A stretch of DNA of 43,742 nt from Nitrospiraceae bacterium (GTDB lineage Bacteria > Nitrospirota > Nitrospiria > Nitrospirales > Nitrospiraceae), in assembly GCA_037442105.1 (NCBI GenBank), contig JBBIQV010000006.1:62001-105742 (forward strand), written 5' to 3'. A model generated the notes under the pieces. It saw only the letters and a list, made by a program, of their open reading frames with translations, was not told where the DNA came from and searched no databases. Positions 10,676 through 21,948 of the stretch are shown here, piece by piece; the first letter of the stretch is position 1, and each line of letters opens with the position of its first letter. The translations under genes were made by a program, and so were the position numbers.

Positions 10676-11088
10676 TTTGCTTCGAGCTTCGGCTCGGTGG
10701 CCAGCACCTTGTCCAGAATGCCGTTCACGAATTTCGACGCTTCTTCATCCCCGAAACTCTTGGCCAGTTCGATGGCCTCGTTCATCGTCACCTTGGCAGG
10801 CACGTCAGGCATCCACAGCAGCTCGTAGAGGCCGGCGCGCAGGATGTTGCGATCCACGATCGGCATACGGCTCACTTTCCAATTGGCCGCATAGCGGCCG
10901 ATGAGGGCGTCGAGTTCTTTCTGATGCGCGACAACACCGTCCACAAGCTGGTTGGTGAAGGCCTTCAACTCGTCCTCCAGCGGATACTGTTTCCAAAATT
11001 CATCCAGCCACAATCCCGGTTTGCCGTGGATATCGTATTGAAACAGGATTTGGATCGCCCGTTCGCGGGCTCGGTGGCGAGACCCCAT
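10639..11088 (-). CDS. nusB: Transcription antitermination factor NusB
   Basis: [29 protein letters not shown]; follows ribH. Confidence 0.96.
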   Translation of the reverse strand: MGSRHRARERAIQILFQYDIHGKPGLWLDEFWKQYPLEDELKAFTNQLVDGVVAHQKELDALIGRYAANWKVSRMPIVDRNILRAGLYELLWMPDVPAKVTMNEAIELAKSFGDEEASKFVNGILDKVLATEPKLEAKRREARGERRGV

Positions 11089-11090
11089 GA

Positions 11091-11639
11091 TTATTTGCCA
11101 TGCCTTCGCGTGACCCGTCTGGGACGAGGCTTCCGATCCATCGTACCCGGTTCCTGTTCCATGGTTTTCAATTGCCTGATGACCGTCGCCATTTCAATTG
11201 CCGTCTTCGCCGCCTCCGCCCCGCGATTGTACTTATCGGGGTCCGCTCGTTCGATCGCCTGCGCCATCGTATCGGTCGTGAGGACGCCGAAGATCACCGG
11301 CACGTCGGCATCTAACGCGGCCTGTCCAATGCCCCTCGCCGCCTCTGCACTGATGTATTCGAAATGGGGGGTATCGCCGCGAATAACGGCGCCCAAGCAG
11401 ATGACCGCATCGAAGCAGCCCGACTTGGCGAGCTGCCTTGCCACGAGTGGAATCTCGAACGCGCCCGGCACTCGCACGACCTCGATATCCTCTTCCTTCG
11501 CCTTGGCCTTGGTCAGAGCCTGTACGCAATTCGACAACAGCCGGCTCGTGACGAACTTGTTGAACTTGGCCACGACGACCCCGAACCGGAGTCCCGTCGC
11601 ATCGTACGAGCCTTTCCGCAGTTTCATTCTTCCTGCCAC
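11091..11639 (-). CDS. ribH: 6,7-dimethyl-8-ribityllumazine synthase
   Basis: [30 protein letters not shown]; alternative start ATG 11627. Confidence 0.97.
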   Translation of the reverse strand: MAGRMKLRKGSYDATGLRFGVVVAKFNKFVTSRLLSNCVQALTKAKAKEEDIEVVRVPGAFEIPLVARQLAKSGCFDAVICLGAVIRGDTPHFEYISAEAARGIGQAALDADVPVIFGVLTTDTMAQAIERADPDKYNRGAEAAKTAIEMATVIRQLKTMEQEPGTMDRKPRPRRVTRRHGK

Positions 11640-11658
11640 TCCCTTTCCCTTGACGAAA

Positions 11659-11752
11659 AGGAGTGGCTGGGATGATCTCTTGCTGCGCGCATCGACCGAG
11701 CACCTTCTGAGGTGCGGGGTCTGCGAGCATAGAGATCATCCCAGCCGCTCCT
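11659..11752. repeat. Structured intergenic element, copy C
   Basis: Outer stem AGGAGTGGCTGGGATGATCTCT/AGAGATCATCCCAGCCGCTCCT; core CTGCGCGCATCGACCGA-GCACCT-TCTG-AGGTGC-GGGGTCTGCGAGCAT. Confidence 0.8.
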
Positions 11753-12960
11753 CATACCTTCTTTAAGATGTGCCCCAGCTTCGCCTTTTTCGTCTTCAGA
11801 TATTTTTCATTGGCCGCCCTCGGCGGAACTTCGATCGGCACCCGCTCGACGACTTGCAATCCATAACCCTCGATGCCGACGATCTTGCGCGGATTGTTCG
11901 TCATCAGCTTGATCTGATGCAGGCCGAGATTGACCAAAATCTGCGCCCCCACTCCATAGTCCCGCAAGTCGGCCTTGAACCCCAGTTTCAGGTTCGCCTC
12001 GACCGTGTCGCTTCCCAGATCCTGGAGACCATAGGCCTTGATCTTGTTCAAGAGCCCGATGCCGCGCCCCTCCTGGTTGAGATAAAGCAAAACCCCCCGG
12101 CCTTCCTTCTGAATGATCTCCATTGCGCGGTGGAGCTGGTCCCGGCAATCGCATCGTAGAGAACCCAGCGCATCCGCCGTGAGACAGCCGGAGTGCACCC
12201 GCACCAGCATCGGCCCCCCGCTCTCGACCGGCCCCTTTACGAGCGCGATATGTGTGACGTTGTCCACTTCGTTCTCAAAGGCCACTGCCTCGAAGTCGCC
12301 GAAGATGGTCGGCATTCGCGCACTCGCGATGCGCCGCACGAACGTTTCCCGCTGCATGCGGTATTCGATCAACGCCTTAATGGTAATGAGCTTCAGTTTG
12401 TGGGTTTTGGCAAACTTGGTGAGCTCCGGTACCCGCGCCATGGTGCCGTCCTCGTTCATGATCTCGCAAATGACGCCCGCCGGGTAGAGCCCCGCCAGGC
12501 GGGACAGGTCGACCGAACCCTCGGTCTGCCCGGCTCGGCGAAGCACGCCGCCCTTTTGCGCTTTGAGCGGAAAGATATGGCCGGGCCTGGCGAGGTCCGA
12601 CGGAGCAGTCTTCGGATCGATGGCGACATGAATGGTAGTTGCGCGATCGGCAGCGGAAATGCCGGTGGTAATACCCTTACGCGCATCGACGGTGACGGTA
12701 AACGCCGTGCCGAAGGTCGCCGTGTTTTCCGCCGCCTGCGGCGGCAACTGGAGCTCCTCCACCCGCTCCGGCGTGAGCGCGAGACAAATCAGCCCGCGCG
12801 CATGCTTAGCCATGAAATTGATGGCGGCCGGCGTCACCTTCTCGGCCGCCATCACAAGGTCGCCCTCATTCTCGCGATCCTCGTCATCGACGAGAATGAC
12901 GAACTTCCCTTTCTTGATGTCCTTGATCGCGTCTTCAATCGAATCAAACGGGGTTGCCAT
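11752..12960 (-). CDS. ribBA: Bifunctional DHBP synthase / GTP cyclohydrolase II
   Basis: [26 protein letters not shown]...RCDC, QEGRGIG; start at 12960 or 12990. Confidence 0.97.
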   Translation of the reverse strand: MATPFDSIEDAIKDIKKGKFVILVDDEDRENEGDLVMAAEKVTPAAINFMAKHARGLICLALTPERVEELQLPPQAAENTATFGTAFTVTVDARKGITTGISAADRATTIHVAIDPKTAPSDLARPGHIFPLKAQKGGVLRRAGQTEGSVDLSRLAGLYPAGVICEIMNEDGTMARVPELTKFAKTHKLKLITIKALIEYRMQRETFVRRIASARMPTIFGDFEAVAFENEVDNVTHIALVKGPVESGGPMLVRVHSGCLTADALGSLRCDCRDQLHRAMEIIQKEGRGVLLYLNQEGRGIGLLNKIKAYGLQDLGSDTVEANLKLGFKADLRDYGVGAQILVNLGLHQIKLMTNNPRKIVGIEGYGLQVVERVPIEVPPRAANEKYLKTKKAKLGHILKKV

Positions 12961-13062
12961 GGTGCTGAGTTTGAAATTTTCAATTGTCATTTAACGTGCC
13001 CCCACATAACCCTGTTTGGCACCCAGGTGTCAACCGGAAAAACCGCCGCAAACGATCGCCGC

Positions 13063-14247
13063 TCACAGCACCGCCTGACTACGCCTGAGCGCCAGCAACA
13101 CGCTCGCAGCTCCCCCGATCGAGGCCGCAGCAAACAGCCACAGTCCGGCCTGGAACGAGCCGGTCACATCCTTCAGCAGCCCAAGCGACAGCGGCAGCAA
13201 GAAACCGCCGAAGCCGCCCGCCGCCCCGATGAAGCCGGATGCCAGCCCGATCTGCTTTGGGAACCGGTCGGAAACCACTTGGAATACCACGCCGTTGCCG
13301 AATCCCATAACCCCAACGGCACACACCAAGAGGATCACCGCCGGCCCCACCGCCGGTAACTGAGCAACTCCCGCCACCAGTCCTGCGATCGCAACAAACA
13401 CCCCCCGCAGCAATTGCAGACCCCCGACACGATCTGCCGCGTACCCTCCGACCGGGCGAATCAGACTGCCGAATAGCCCGCATAACGCCGTGACGGAGCC
13501 TGCCGCCACGATGTCCAACCCATACTGATCGTGAAGAAAAATGGGCAGGAAGCTGCACACCCCCACGAAACCGCCGAAGGTGATGGCATACAACAAACCC
13601 AGCCAGTAGATGGATGGCCGTGCCATGATCTTCGCCGTGCTCCTCCAGCGGTGCGGATGACGTTCCTGCCGCGAGAAGCCGACTTCGCGTTGAACCAGCA
13701 GTCCGAAGAGCATGGTTGTAAGGATGAGCGGAATCACCATCAACCCGAACACGCCGTGCCAGCCGAACACCTGGGAAAGCCGCGGCGCGAAAAACATGGA
13801 GAGCACGGTCCCGCTGTTCGCCGACGCGGCCACGCCCATAGCGAATCCCTGATGAGCCGGAGGGTAGGCCCGGCTCGCAATCGGGAGGGCTACCGCAAAG
13901 CTTGCACCGGCGACTCCGAGCAACAACCCGACCGCAAGCATGTGCCCATAGCTCGGCGCCCCCGTCCACCCCCACACGACAGCCACAACTTCGCAGGCCA
14001 ACACGACCAGGCCGGTAGCCTTGGTCCCATAGTGGTCGCTGCTGAGCCCCACCACCACCCTCAACAGCGCGCCGCCAAGCAGGGGGAATGCGACGAGCAA
14101 TCCTTTCTGCGTCGGGGTCAGCCCGAACTCCTCGGCGATGGGGACGCCAAGGGCTCCGATCAACAGCCAGGTCATGAAACTGACCTCGAAATGCAACCAG
14201 GCTCCAACCAGTGATGGCCAGTGCCCGCTGCGCATCGCGGTTAACAT
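13063..14247 (-). CDS. MFS nitrate/nitrite transporter (NarK/NasA family)
   Basis: Multiple TM segments; F.VSF..W, G.AGASFAVALP.AS..YP...QG.AMG, R..GG..ADR.GG, G.GNG.VF. Confidence 0.88.
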   Translation of the reverse strand: MLTAMRSGHWPSLVGAWLHFEVSFMTWLLIGALGVPIAEEFGLTPTQKGLLVAFPLLGGALLRVVVGLSSDHYGTKATGLVVLACEVVAVVWGWTGAPSYGHMLAVGLLLGVAGASFAVALPIASRAYPPAHQGFAMGVAASANSGTVLSMFFAPRLSQVFGWHGVFGLMVIPLILTTMLFGLLVQREVGFSRQERHPHRWRSTAKIMARPSIYWLGLLYAITFGGFVGVCSFLPIFLHDQYGLDIVAAGSVTALCGLFGSLIRPVGGYAADRVGGLQLLRGVFVAIAGLVAGVAQLPAVGPAVILLVCAVGVMGFGNGVVFQVVSDRFPKQIGLASGFIGAAGGFGGFLLPLSLGLLKDVTGSFQAGLWLFAAASIGGAASVLLALRRSQAVL

Positions 14248-14449
14248 CGCTTGCCTGTCCGATCCTTCCCCTCTGACTGCATGAATGGGTCACGCAAGGT
14301 GCTGATTTCCACTATACGAGGTCCTCTTTTTCCCGCGCAAGGGACCCCGACCGCTCCGACGCCGCGATCAGCCTTTGTCCCGCCCGGAGCTTCTGCTATA
14401 GTCATCCGCAACAAGAATCCATTTTCGCTGTTTCCACTCTTAGAATTCG

Positions 14450-15451
14450 ATGCGCGAACCGATTGACGACCACACAGACACCGCCGACGACCCGGACTTG
14501 CACGATCCCACCGACGAGGAAGTGGCGGAAGAGGCCCCGCCTCCGGAACTGGTCGAGCCGCGCGAAGGCGAGGACCGTGAGAAGACCAAGCCTGCCACGG
14601 CCGTCGTTCCCGTCACCGCGCTTCAGCAATACCTCACCGAGGTCCGCCGGTACCCCTACTTGACCAAAGAAGAAGAGCTGCGGTTGTTTGAGGAATATCA
14701 CGTCCATGGCAACCGCGAGGCCGCAGTCAAGTTGATCCTCGCAAACCTGCGGGTCTCGGTCGCGATCGCTTCCGAGTACCTCCACACCGGCGCCGACCAC
14801 ATGGACCTGATTCAGGAAGGCAACGTCGGTCTGATGCAGGCGATCAAGAAGTTCGATCCCACCAAGAACGTTCGCTTCTATGCCTACGCCGCCTGGTGGG
14901 CGCGGGCATATATCCTCCGCTACCTGCTCAATAACTACCGGCTCGTCAAGGTCGGCACCACACAGGACCAACGGAAGCTGTTCTATAACCTGAAAAAGGA
15001 GAAGGCCAAGCTGGAGCGCGAGGGATTCGCACCGGACACAAAACTGCTGGCCGACCGGCTGAACGTCCGCGAGCGGGACGTGATCGAGATGGATCAGCGG
15101 CTGGGCAACTGGGAACTTTCGCTGGACCAACCCATCGGCGAAGACCAGCAAGGCTCCTTGCTGGACGTGTTGCCCGCCCATACCACTCCTATTGACGAGC
15201 AATTAGCGGACAGGGAGCTCCGCGCACTGTTCCGACGCAAGCTCGCAGAGTTCATTAAAACCCTGGACGAGCGCGAAGAAGACATCTTTCGCAACCGGAT
15301 TCTTTCAGAAACTCCGCTCACCTTGGACGATCTTGGCGGCAAATACCGGATCACCAAAGAACGAACCAGGCAACTGGAGTCTCGGATTATCAAGCGGCTG
15401 CGCGATTACCTGAGAAAGGAAGTGAAGGATTTCGACCAACTACGCTCCTGA
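14450..15451 (+). CDS. rpoH: RNA polymerase sigma factor, sigma-32 family
   Basis: DLIQEGNVGLM (region 2); RpoH-box-like VKVGTTQDQRKLFYNL; region 4 HTH; next to groESL. Confidence 0.88.
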   Translation: MREPIDDHTDTADDPDLHDPTDEEVAEEAPPPELVEPREGEDREKTKPATAVVPVTALQQYLTEVRRYPYLTKEEELRLFEEYHVHGNREAAVKLILANLRVSVAIASEYLHTGADHMDLIQEGNVGLMQAIKKFDPTKNVRFYAYAAWWARAYILRYLLNNYRLVKVGTTQDQRKLFYNLKKEKAKLEREGFAPDTKLLADRLNVRERDVIEMDQRLGNWELSLDQPIGEDQQGSLLDVLPAHTTPIDEQLADRELRALFRRKLAEFIKTLDEREEDIFRNRILSETPLTLDDLGGKYRITKERTRQLESRIIKRLRDYLRKEVKDFDQLRS

Positions 15452-15550
15452 GTCTGGACGCGGAAGAACAATAATTAGCCACGTAGTTTCAAATGGTTAG
15501 AAGGTTTCGTCTGGCGGCACCGGTGTAGCGAGAAAGATTTTCCTTCATAC

Positions 15551-15582
15551 CCCCTTGACTTCATCCCTGCTAGTACTATCTA
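15551..15582 (+). promoter_or_regulatory. Candidate heat-shock (sigma-32-like) promoter of groESL
   Basis: CCCCTTGACT followed ~16 nt later by ACTATCT, similar to CTTG-N17/18-CYTATNT-type RpoH promoters. Confidence 0.4.
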
Positions 15583-15706
15583 CTCCACGAGTTTTGCTGA
15601 TCATGGTTTCAGCACTCCCGGGTGTCTAATTCCAGACATCGGTATTGAATCATCCAACATCTGGTACACACAACCACGTTTACTTCATCACGAGGAGGGT
15701 GTTGTT

Positions 15707-16009
15707 ATGGCCACGGAGACTAAGGAGAAGAAGACATCAGCCGCCAAGGGCTTCCAGCCGCTGGGTGATCGCGTGTTCGTCACCTATACCGAAGAGATGG
15801 AACGAACCGCCGGCGGCATTTACGTACCGGATTCCGCGAAGGAAAAGCCGCAGCGGGGCGTCGTCCAGGCGATCGGCAAGAAAGTCGAGAATGTCAAGGT
15901 TGGGGACCAGGTCCTCTTCGACAAATACTCCGGCAGCAAACTCCGGATCGACGACGAAGAATGCTTGATCCTGAAGGAAGAAGATGTCCTGGGCATCTTC
16001 ACGTCATAA
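15707..16009 (+). CDS. groES: Co-chaperonin GroES
   Basis: PLGDRV, TAGGIYVPDSAKEKPQ, VKVGD.VLF.KYSG; RBS GAGGAGG. Confidence 0.97.
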   Translation: MATETKEKKTSAAKGFQPLGDRVFVTYTEEMERTAGGIYVPDSAKEKPQRGVVQAIGKKVENVKVGDQVLFDKYSGSKLRIDDEECLILKEEDVLGIFTS

Positions 16010-16011
16010 GC

Positions 16012-16086
16012 GGTCGCAAAGTCTTCAAGTCGAAAGTCTCGACCACGACCTTATGACTTTCAGACATTGCAAACTTTAGGACTTTA
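16012..16086. repeat. Inverted pair of 7-8-mer tandem repeats (AAGTC.. / GACTTT..)
   Basis: ggtcgcaa-agtcttca-agtcgaa-agtc ... gaccttat-gactttca-gacattgca-aactttag-gacttt in the groES-groEL spacer. Confidence 0.65.
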
Positions 16087-16090
16087 ATAA

Positions 16091-17737
<1,647 letters not shown>

Positions 17738-17783
17738 GAAGAGAAGAGCCGATAGCGAATAGCTGATAGCTCAGAGTAAAGAG

Positions 17784-17824
17784 ACGAAGGGCCCGGTGGG
17801 AAACCGCCGGGCCCTTCGTGTTTC
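17784..17824 (+). terminator. Rho-independent terminator after groEL
   Basis: ACGAAGGGCCCGGTGG-GAAA-CCGCCGGGCCCTTCGT followed by GTTT. Confidence 0.8.
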
Positions 17825-17866
17825 CTGGCTCTCCGCACTCGGCGAATAGACATCACGATGAAATTA

Positions 17867-18083
17867 TTATTTGGGGCTGGTTGGATCGGTGACTGTGATG
17901 GTGCCACCAGTTGAGGCAGACGCGGTCCCTTGGCCGCTGACTCCACCCGACGTGCCCGGGCTGGAACCGCCGCCCGAGTTGCCGCTGCTCCCTCCACCGG
18001 AACAGCTCACGAGCAAGCCAAGGGTGAAAATCAACCCGGCAAACCCTCTTGCTGCCAGTCTTGTTCGGCTTGTCTGATTTCAC
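17867..18083 (-). pseudogene. Frameshifted, truncated lipoprotein remnant
   Basis: One minus frame reads RLAARGFAGLIFTLGLLVSC-SGGGSSGNSGGG...TVTDPTSPK* (lipobox plus Gly/Ser linker). The RBS-preceded GTG at 18083 is out of frame with it. Confidence 0.5.
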
Positions 18084-18216
18084 GACAGCTCTCCCAGGAT
18101 GATTCCTCTTCTGAGGTAAGACAGGCTCCCATGGACGCAAAACGGCCGTGCCGCAATCCCGAGCGTGGAACCCATAGCCAACTCGATCAGGAGCACCTCA
18201 CCGACGATGATGCCGA

Positions 18217-18870
18217 CTACCGTCTCCAGGGTAACCCGCTGGATTGAGTCACGCCCTGCACGCCTGATCCACCGTATCTCGCCACCAACTGGCTTGCCGC
18301 GTAGTTCACAATAGGCCCAAGACGTTCCTCAACTTTCCCCATTGTGGGATTGGAACTCGAAGGCTGAGTCGTCTCTCCACCCATTGTCGCTCCGAGCAGC
18401 GACTGTACCGCAGCAGCATTGGAGTTGTCGGACTTAACATCCGAGCTTTTTGCCGTGATGACCCCCACCAGTGAGTTGGTCCGTGTTTCAAAGACTCGAA
18501 TGTCCATACTCACCGGCGCTTCCGATGTGATCGCTTCCTTTAGAAATCCAAAGACCTTCTTGTTCCCGCTCCCAGCGGCTTTTCCTTCCGTAATGGTCGG
18601 CTCGAAGACATATTCCACACCAGGAAAAGAGCCACTTACATCGGGTGGGCGGACGGTAAACCGATCTGTCTTCACGAGCGCCGTGATGAACAGCTGTTGG
18701 GCAACGTCTCCGGACACATCAGGAACCGTACTTGCGATTGAGGTAACCCCGACCACTCTGTGATTCCCCTCGGCGTAGCTCGGTAGAGTTCCCGTTCCGC
18801 TGAACACTACGACACCTACAATCAATCCTGCCGCTTGCCAAGCACGACGTAACTGTTGGCATGTCCTCAT
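18217..18870 (-). CDS. Secreted protein, possibly CsgG/TolB-N-like fold
   Basis: Signal peptide; LFITALVKTDRFTV...V.MDIRVFETRT pattern; RBS GGAGGG before ATG 18870. Confidence 0.55.
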   Translation of the reverse strand: MRTCQQLRRAWQAAGLIVGVVVFSGTGTLPSYAEGNHRVVGVTSIASTVPDVSGDVAQQLFITALVKTDRFTVRPPDVSGSFPGVEYVFEPTITEGKAAGSGNKKVFGFLKEAITSEAPVSMDIRVFETRTNSLVGVITAKSSDVKSDNSNAAAVQSLLGATMGGETTQPSSSNPTMGKVEERLGPIVNYAASQLVARYGGSGVQGVTQSSGLPWRR

Positions 18871-19459
18871 GATGGCTACCCTCCTTTTCAAAATGGCCGA
18901 GCTATCAATCCCAATGTTCACTTTTGGGGCACTCAACAGACCAGCCTTAGACCAGCCTTTTCTCTGCACACACCAGTCAGACAATGCGTTGCTGCGCTCA
19001 TATCGGTCGCGACCTCGTGCGTAGTCGCATTTCCCCCACGCAAGACGGTCGAGCGATTGTTATTCGATAGACAAATGCCGGCGAAGATGCCGAGCCTCGG
19101 AAAGGGAGCGGTACGAGAGCTATTCGTGAGGCGTGCAAGCCGAGGACCGGCTTGCTGGCAGGAAGGCAGGTCACAGGCCTGATGGGATCCATTGCCTCCT
19201 CATCGCGTTTACCGCCCGCACTGCCCAAGGTGGCAGGCCACCTTATGAACCAGTGTGCAGTGTCTCGTCAAGCCCTCTGAGAGAGTGATATCTGTTCAAG
19301 CAACAAGCAACATACTGGCCACGGATGGACATGCACAACGATGGGAAAGATCCCGGCAGCCGCTGCAATCGAGACCGCTAGACCTTCATCACCTGAGAAG
19401 GCACAAAGGCCACACCCCGGGGCAATATGGTGGCGGGAGTCGTTTTGAGATGTGACGAA

Positions 19460-19774
19460 CTACTCAGAAAGCAAGTACAGGAAATCTCTCGCCCCATGCA
19501 CTATACGATGGATCAGGACAGTCTTGTCTTTGACTTTGTAGAAGGATAGGTAGTTGCCGATGACAAGGACTCGATAGCCGAGTCCCGCCAGCTTGGAGTC
19601 ATTGGGGATACGACCGATCAGGGGATGGTCACCGAGGGTCTGTAGTCGGGCCTCGATGTATTGGAGCATCCCTGCAGCCGCCGGTGGATTTTCTGCGGCG
19701 AGGTAAGTCATCAAATCGACAAGATCCTGTTCTGCAATCGAGAGAAGACGGACCGTATAGCTATTTGACGGCAC
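19460..19774 (-). CDS. RelE/ParE-family toxin
   Basis: A..DL..L..Y.A.ENP.AA...L..HP.IGR...GYR.L.IGNY..FY...I.RIVHG.RD. Confidence 0.88.
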   Translation of the reverse strand: MPSNSYTVRLLSIAEQDLVDLMTYLAAENPPAAAGMLQYIEARLQTLGDHPLIGRIPNDSKLAGLGYRVLVIGNYLSFYKVKDKTVLIHRIVHGARDFLYLLSE

Positions 19775-20033
19775 GAATCCGTTTCCTTAGGTCGGCCATC
19801 ACGCGGCTCAATGATCGTCCCCGCTCTCCCGCCGCCACACGCGCTTCCGCAACCGCCAATTTTCCATACAACTCCAATGTGCGCTCCATCTCGCCGTACT
19901 TCGCAAGCGACAGGAGCACCATGTCTCCCTCACCGTTCTTGGTGATGAACACGGGCTCGTGACTCGTGTGCACTAACTCGGAAATCTGATTCGTCTTGTT
20001 CCTGAGATCCGATATCGGTTTGATGATCGGCAT
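19761..20033 (-). CDS. Phd/YefM-family antitoxin
   Basis: IKPISDLRN...EPVFITKNG....VLLS; RBS GAGAGGAG before ATG 20033. Confidence 0.9.
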   Translation of the reverse strand: MPIIKPISDLRNKTNQISELVHTSHEPVFITKNGEGDMVLLSLAKYGEMERTLELYGKLAVAEARVAAGERGRSLSRVMADLRKRIRAVK

Positions 20034-20143
20034 GGCGCGCCTCCTCTCATGTATCATAAAAAACATTTTATCATGATATGTGTCTTCTGGCTAGATGATG
20101 GACCATGGAAGGCGACAGAGGATCGGTATCATCGCTTCACTTT

Positions 20144-21880
20144 TCACTTCTTATGCGCCATCGCCCGCAGCGCGGATTTGAACAGCGGCGAGGTCTTCGG
20201 CATTTCGAAGAACGAGCGGAACAGATCGTGCACGACCGTCGTATGGGTTGCGTGATCGGCTTGAAACTGTTTGAGAGCCGCGCGTCGATTCTCGCTGTCG
20301 TAGCCCAGCCGAATTGCGCAGCGTTCGAGCTCGTCATGTTGATCCGGCAAGGCATGCGTCTGTAAATCATGCACCATCTGGAGTTTGTGCTCCACATCCC
20401 GGAGAAAGTGATACGCACGGACGAGGTCTACCTGTTGCTTCGCTGAAAGAATCCCTGACTTGCGAAGCCGCGCCAACGAAGTGAGGGTTCCACGATCCAG
20501 GAGCCCGGGAACACACCGGCCGGCCAGCACCTGAATGGTCTGCACGAGAAATTCGATCTCACGGATACCTCCGACGCCCAGCTTCACGTTGCGCCGCTCA
20601 TGCCCGCGATCGGCCATCCTGGCATCGATCATCTCCTTCACCGCCCGCACATCTTGCAGCACGGCTAACGCGCCGGCGAGATCCGTCTTCTTCTCCGCTG
20701 TGCCGAAAATAAAGGGCTTCACCATTTTCAGGAACGATCGACCGACCTCCATGGAGCCCGCCACCGGCCAGGCTTTGAGCAAGGCCAGTCGTTCCCAGAC
20801 CTGCCCGCGAGCGGCATAGTATTTCTTGTAGTCCTCCAGCGAGCGCGCTAACTGGCCGACTGCGCCTTCCGCCCGCAGCCGCAAATCCACGCGAAAGACG
20901 TACCCTTCCTTGGTTTGTTCGGCCAAGGCTTTCGTCAGCTCCCGGGAGAGGACTTCAAAGTATTCTTCATTGGAGATCCCGACCACCGCAGGCTGGTCCG
21001 TAGCCTTCCCTCGCGGTTGCCTGGTCTCGCCTTCGTGCGACTCGTAGACGTAGATCAAATCGACATCGGAACTGTAGTTCAGCTCATGCCCTCCCAGCTT
21101 GCCCATGCCCATCACCGCAAACCCGGTTTCTACCCACCGCCCCTGCCGGTTCTTGTGCATGGGCACACCGTGGCGTTGCCGGAGATCCGCATCGACAATT
21201 TCATAGGCGGCGTGGATCAACACCGATGCCAAATCCGAAAGCGTGGCAGTGGTTTCCGGCACATCGGCTAACCGCAGCAGGTCTCTTACACCGATTCGCA
21301 ACATCTCCCGGCGGCGGAACCGGCGCAGCACTTCGAGCTTCAGCTCCGCCGTGGTGAGGTTCATGAAATTGCGACGCAAGCTCTTTTCGAGTCCCGCGCG
21401 CGTGGATCGTTTCGACAGCACCTCCTGCTCTGCCAGCCAATAGATCAACATGGAGTCCCGAATCAGCGTCACGGCCAGCGAGTCGCTGTTGCCCACGATG
21501 GTGCAGAGCAGATGCAGCATGCGGGGCGACGACCGGAGGTATTCAAACAAAGCGGAGCGGTTGATTCCGGTGGACAGGAGCCGTTCCCAATGATTCAGCG
21601 CCTGATCGGGATCGGCCGTCTGCGCGACCGATTCCAACAGTGGACCGAGAATCTCGGCCAGTTGCCTCCTGGCATGCGGCTCGCCGGCCATCGCCTGGAT
21701 GTTGGCATCCGCCTGCGCAATGTCGTGCATGCCGTAGGGCGTGAGGAGATCAGCTACCTGCGCGGCCGTGAGCCCCGAGGCGAGGAGCAGCGGAGTAGGA
21801 TCGGGCCGAGCTGGTACGGATGGCGCGCGCCGCGACCGGAACCTTGGTTGCCGGCCTGTCGCGCTGACACGGGAGGTCAT
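20144..21880 (-). CDS. glnE: Glutamine synthetase adenylyltransferase-like protein (single GlnE NTase domain)
   Basis: GMGKLGGHELNYSSDVDL, FRVDLRLRAEG, WERLALLKA, VKLG.GGIREIEF. Confidence 0.85.
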   Translation of the reverse strand: MTSRVSATGRQPRFRSRRAPSVPARPDPTPLLLASGLTAAQVADLLTPYGMHDIAQADANIQAMAGEPHARRQLAEILGPLLESVAQTADPDQALNHWERLLSTGINRSALFEYLRSSPRMLHLLCTIVGNSDSLAVTLIRDSMLIYWLAEQEVLSKRSTRAGLEKSLRRNFMNLTTAELKLEVLRRFRRREMLRIGVRDLLRLADVPETTATLSDLASVLIHAAYEIVDADLRQRHGVPMHKNRQGRWVETGFAVMGMGKLGGHELNYSSDVDLIYVYESHEGETRQPRGKATDQPAVVGISNEEYFEVLSRELTKALAEQTKEGYVFRVDLRLRAEGAVGQLARSLEDYKKYYAARGQVWERLALLKAWPVAGSMEVGRSFLKMVKPFIFGTAEKKTDLAGALAVLQDVRAVKEMIDARMADRGHERRNVKLGVGGIREIEFLVQTIQVLAGRCVPGLLDRGTLTSLARLRKSGILSAKQQVDLVRAYHFLRDVEHKLQMVHDLQTHALPDQHDELERCAIRLGYDSENRRAALKQFQADHATHTTVVHDLFRSFFEMPKTSPLFKSALRAMAHKK

Positions 21881-21948
21881 GACAAGGCATTATACTGGGG
21901 CCTGCCACTGCGTACAACGAACGGCTGTTCGGGTATACTGCTCAACCG

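Noticed and set aside
15609..15635. CIRCE element upstream of groES
   Set aside because: Only the left arm (TCAGCACTC) matches; no GAGTGCTAA follows after 9 nt
19000..19459. Duplicated 3' end of the minus-strand glnE beyond the Phd/ParE pair
   Set aside because: Looked for by analogy with the Fic cassette; no similarity visible by eye
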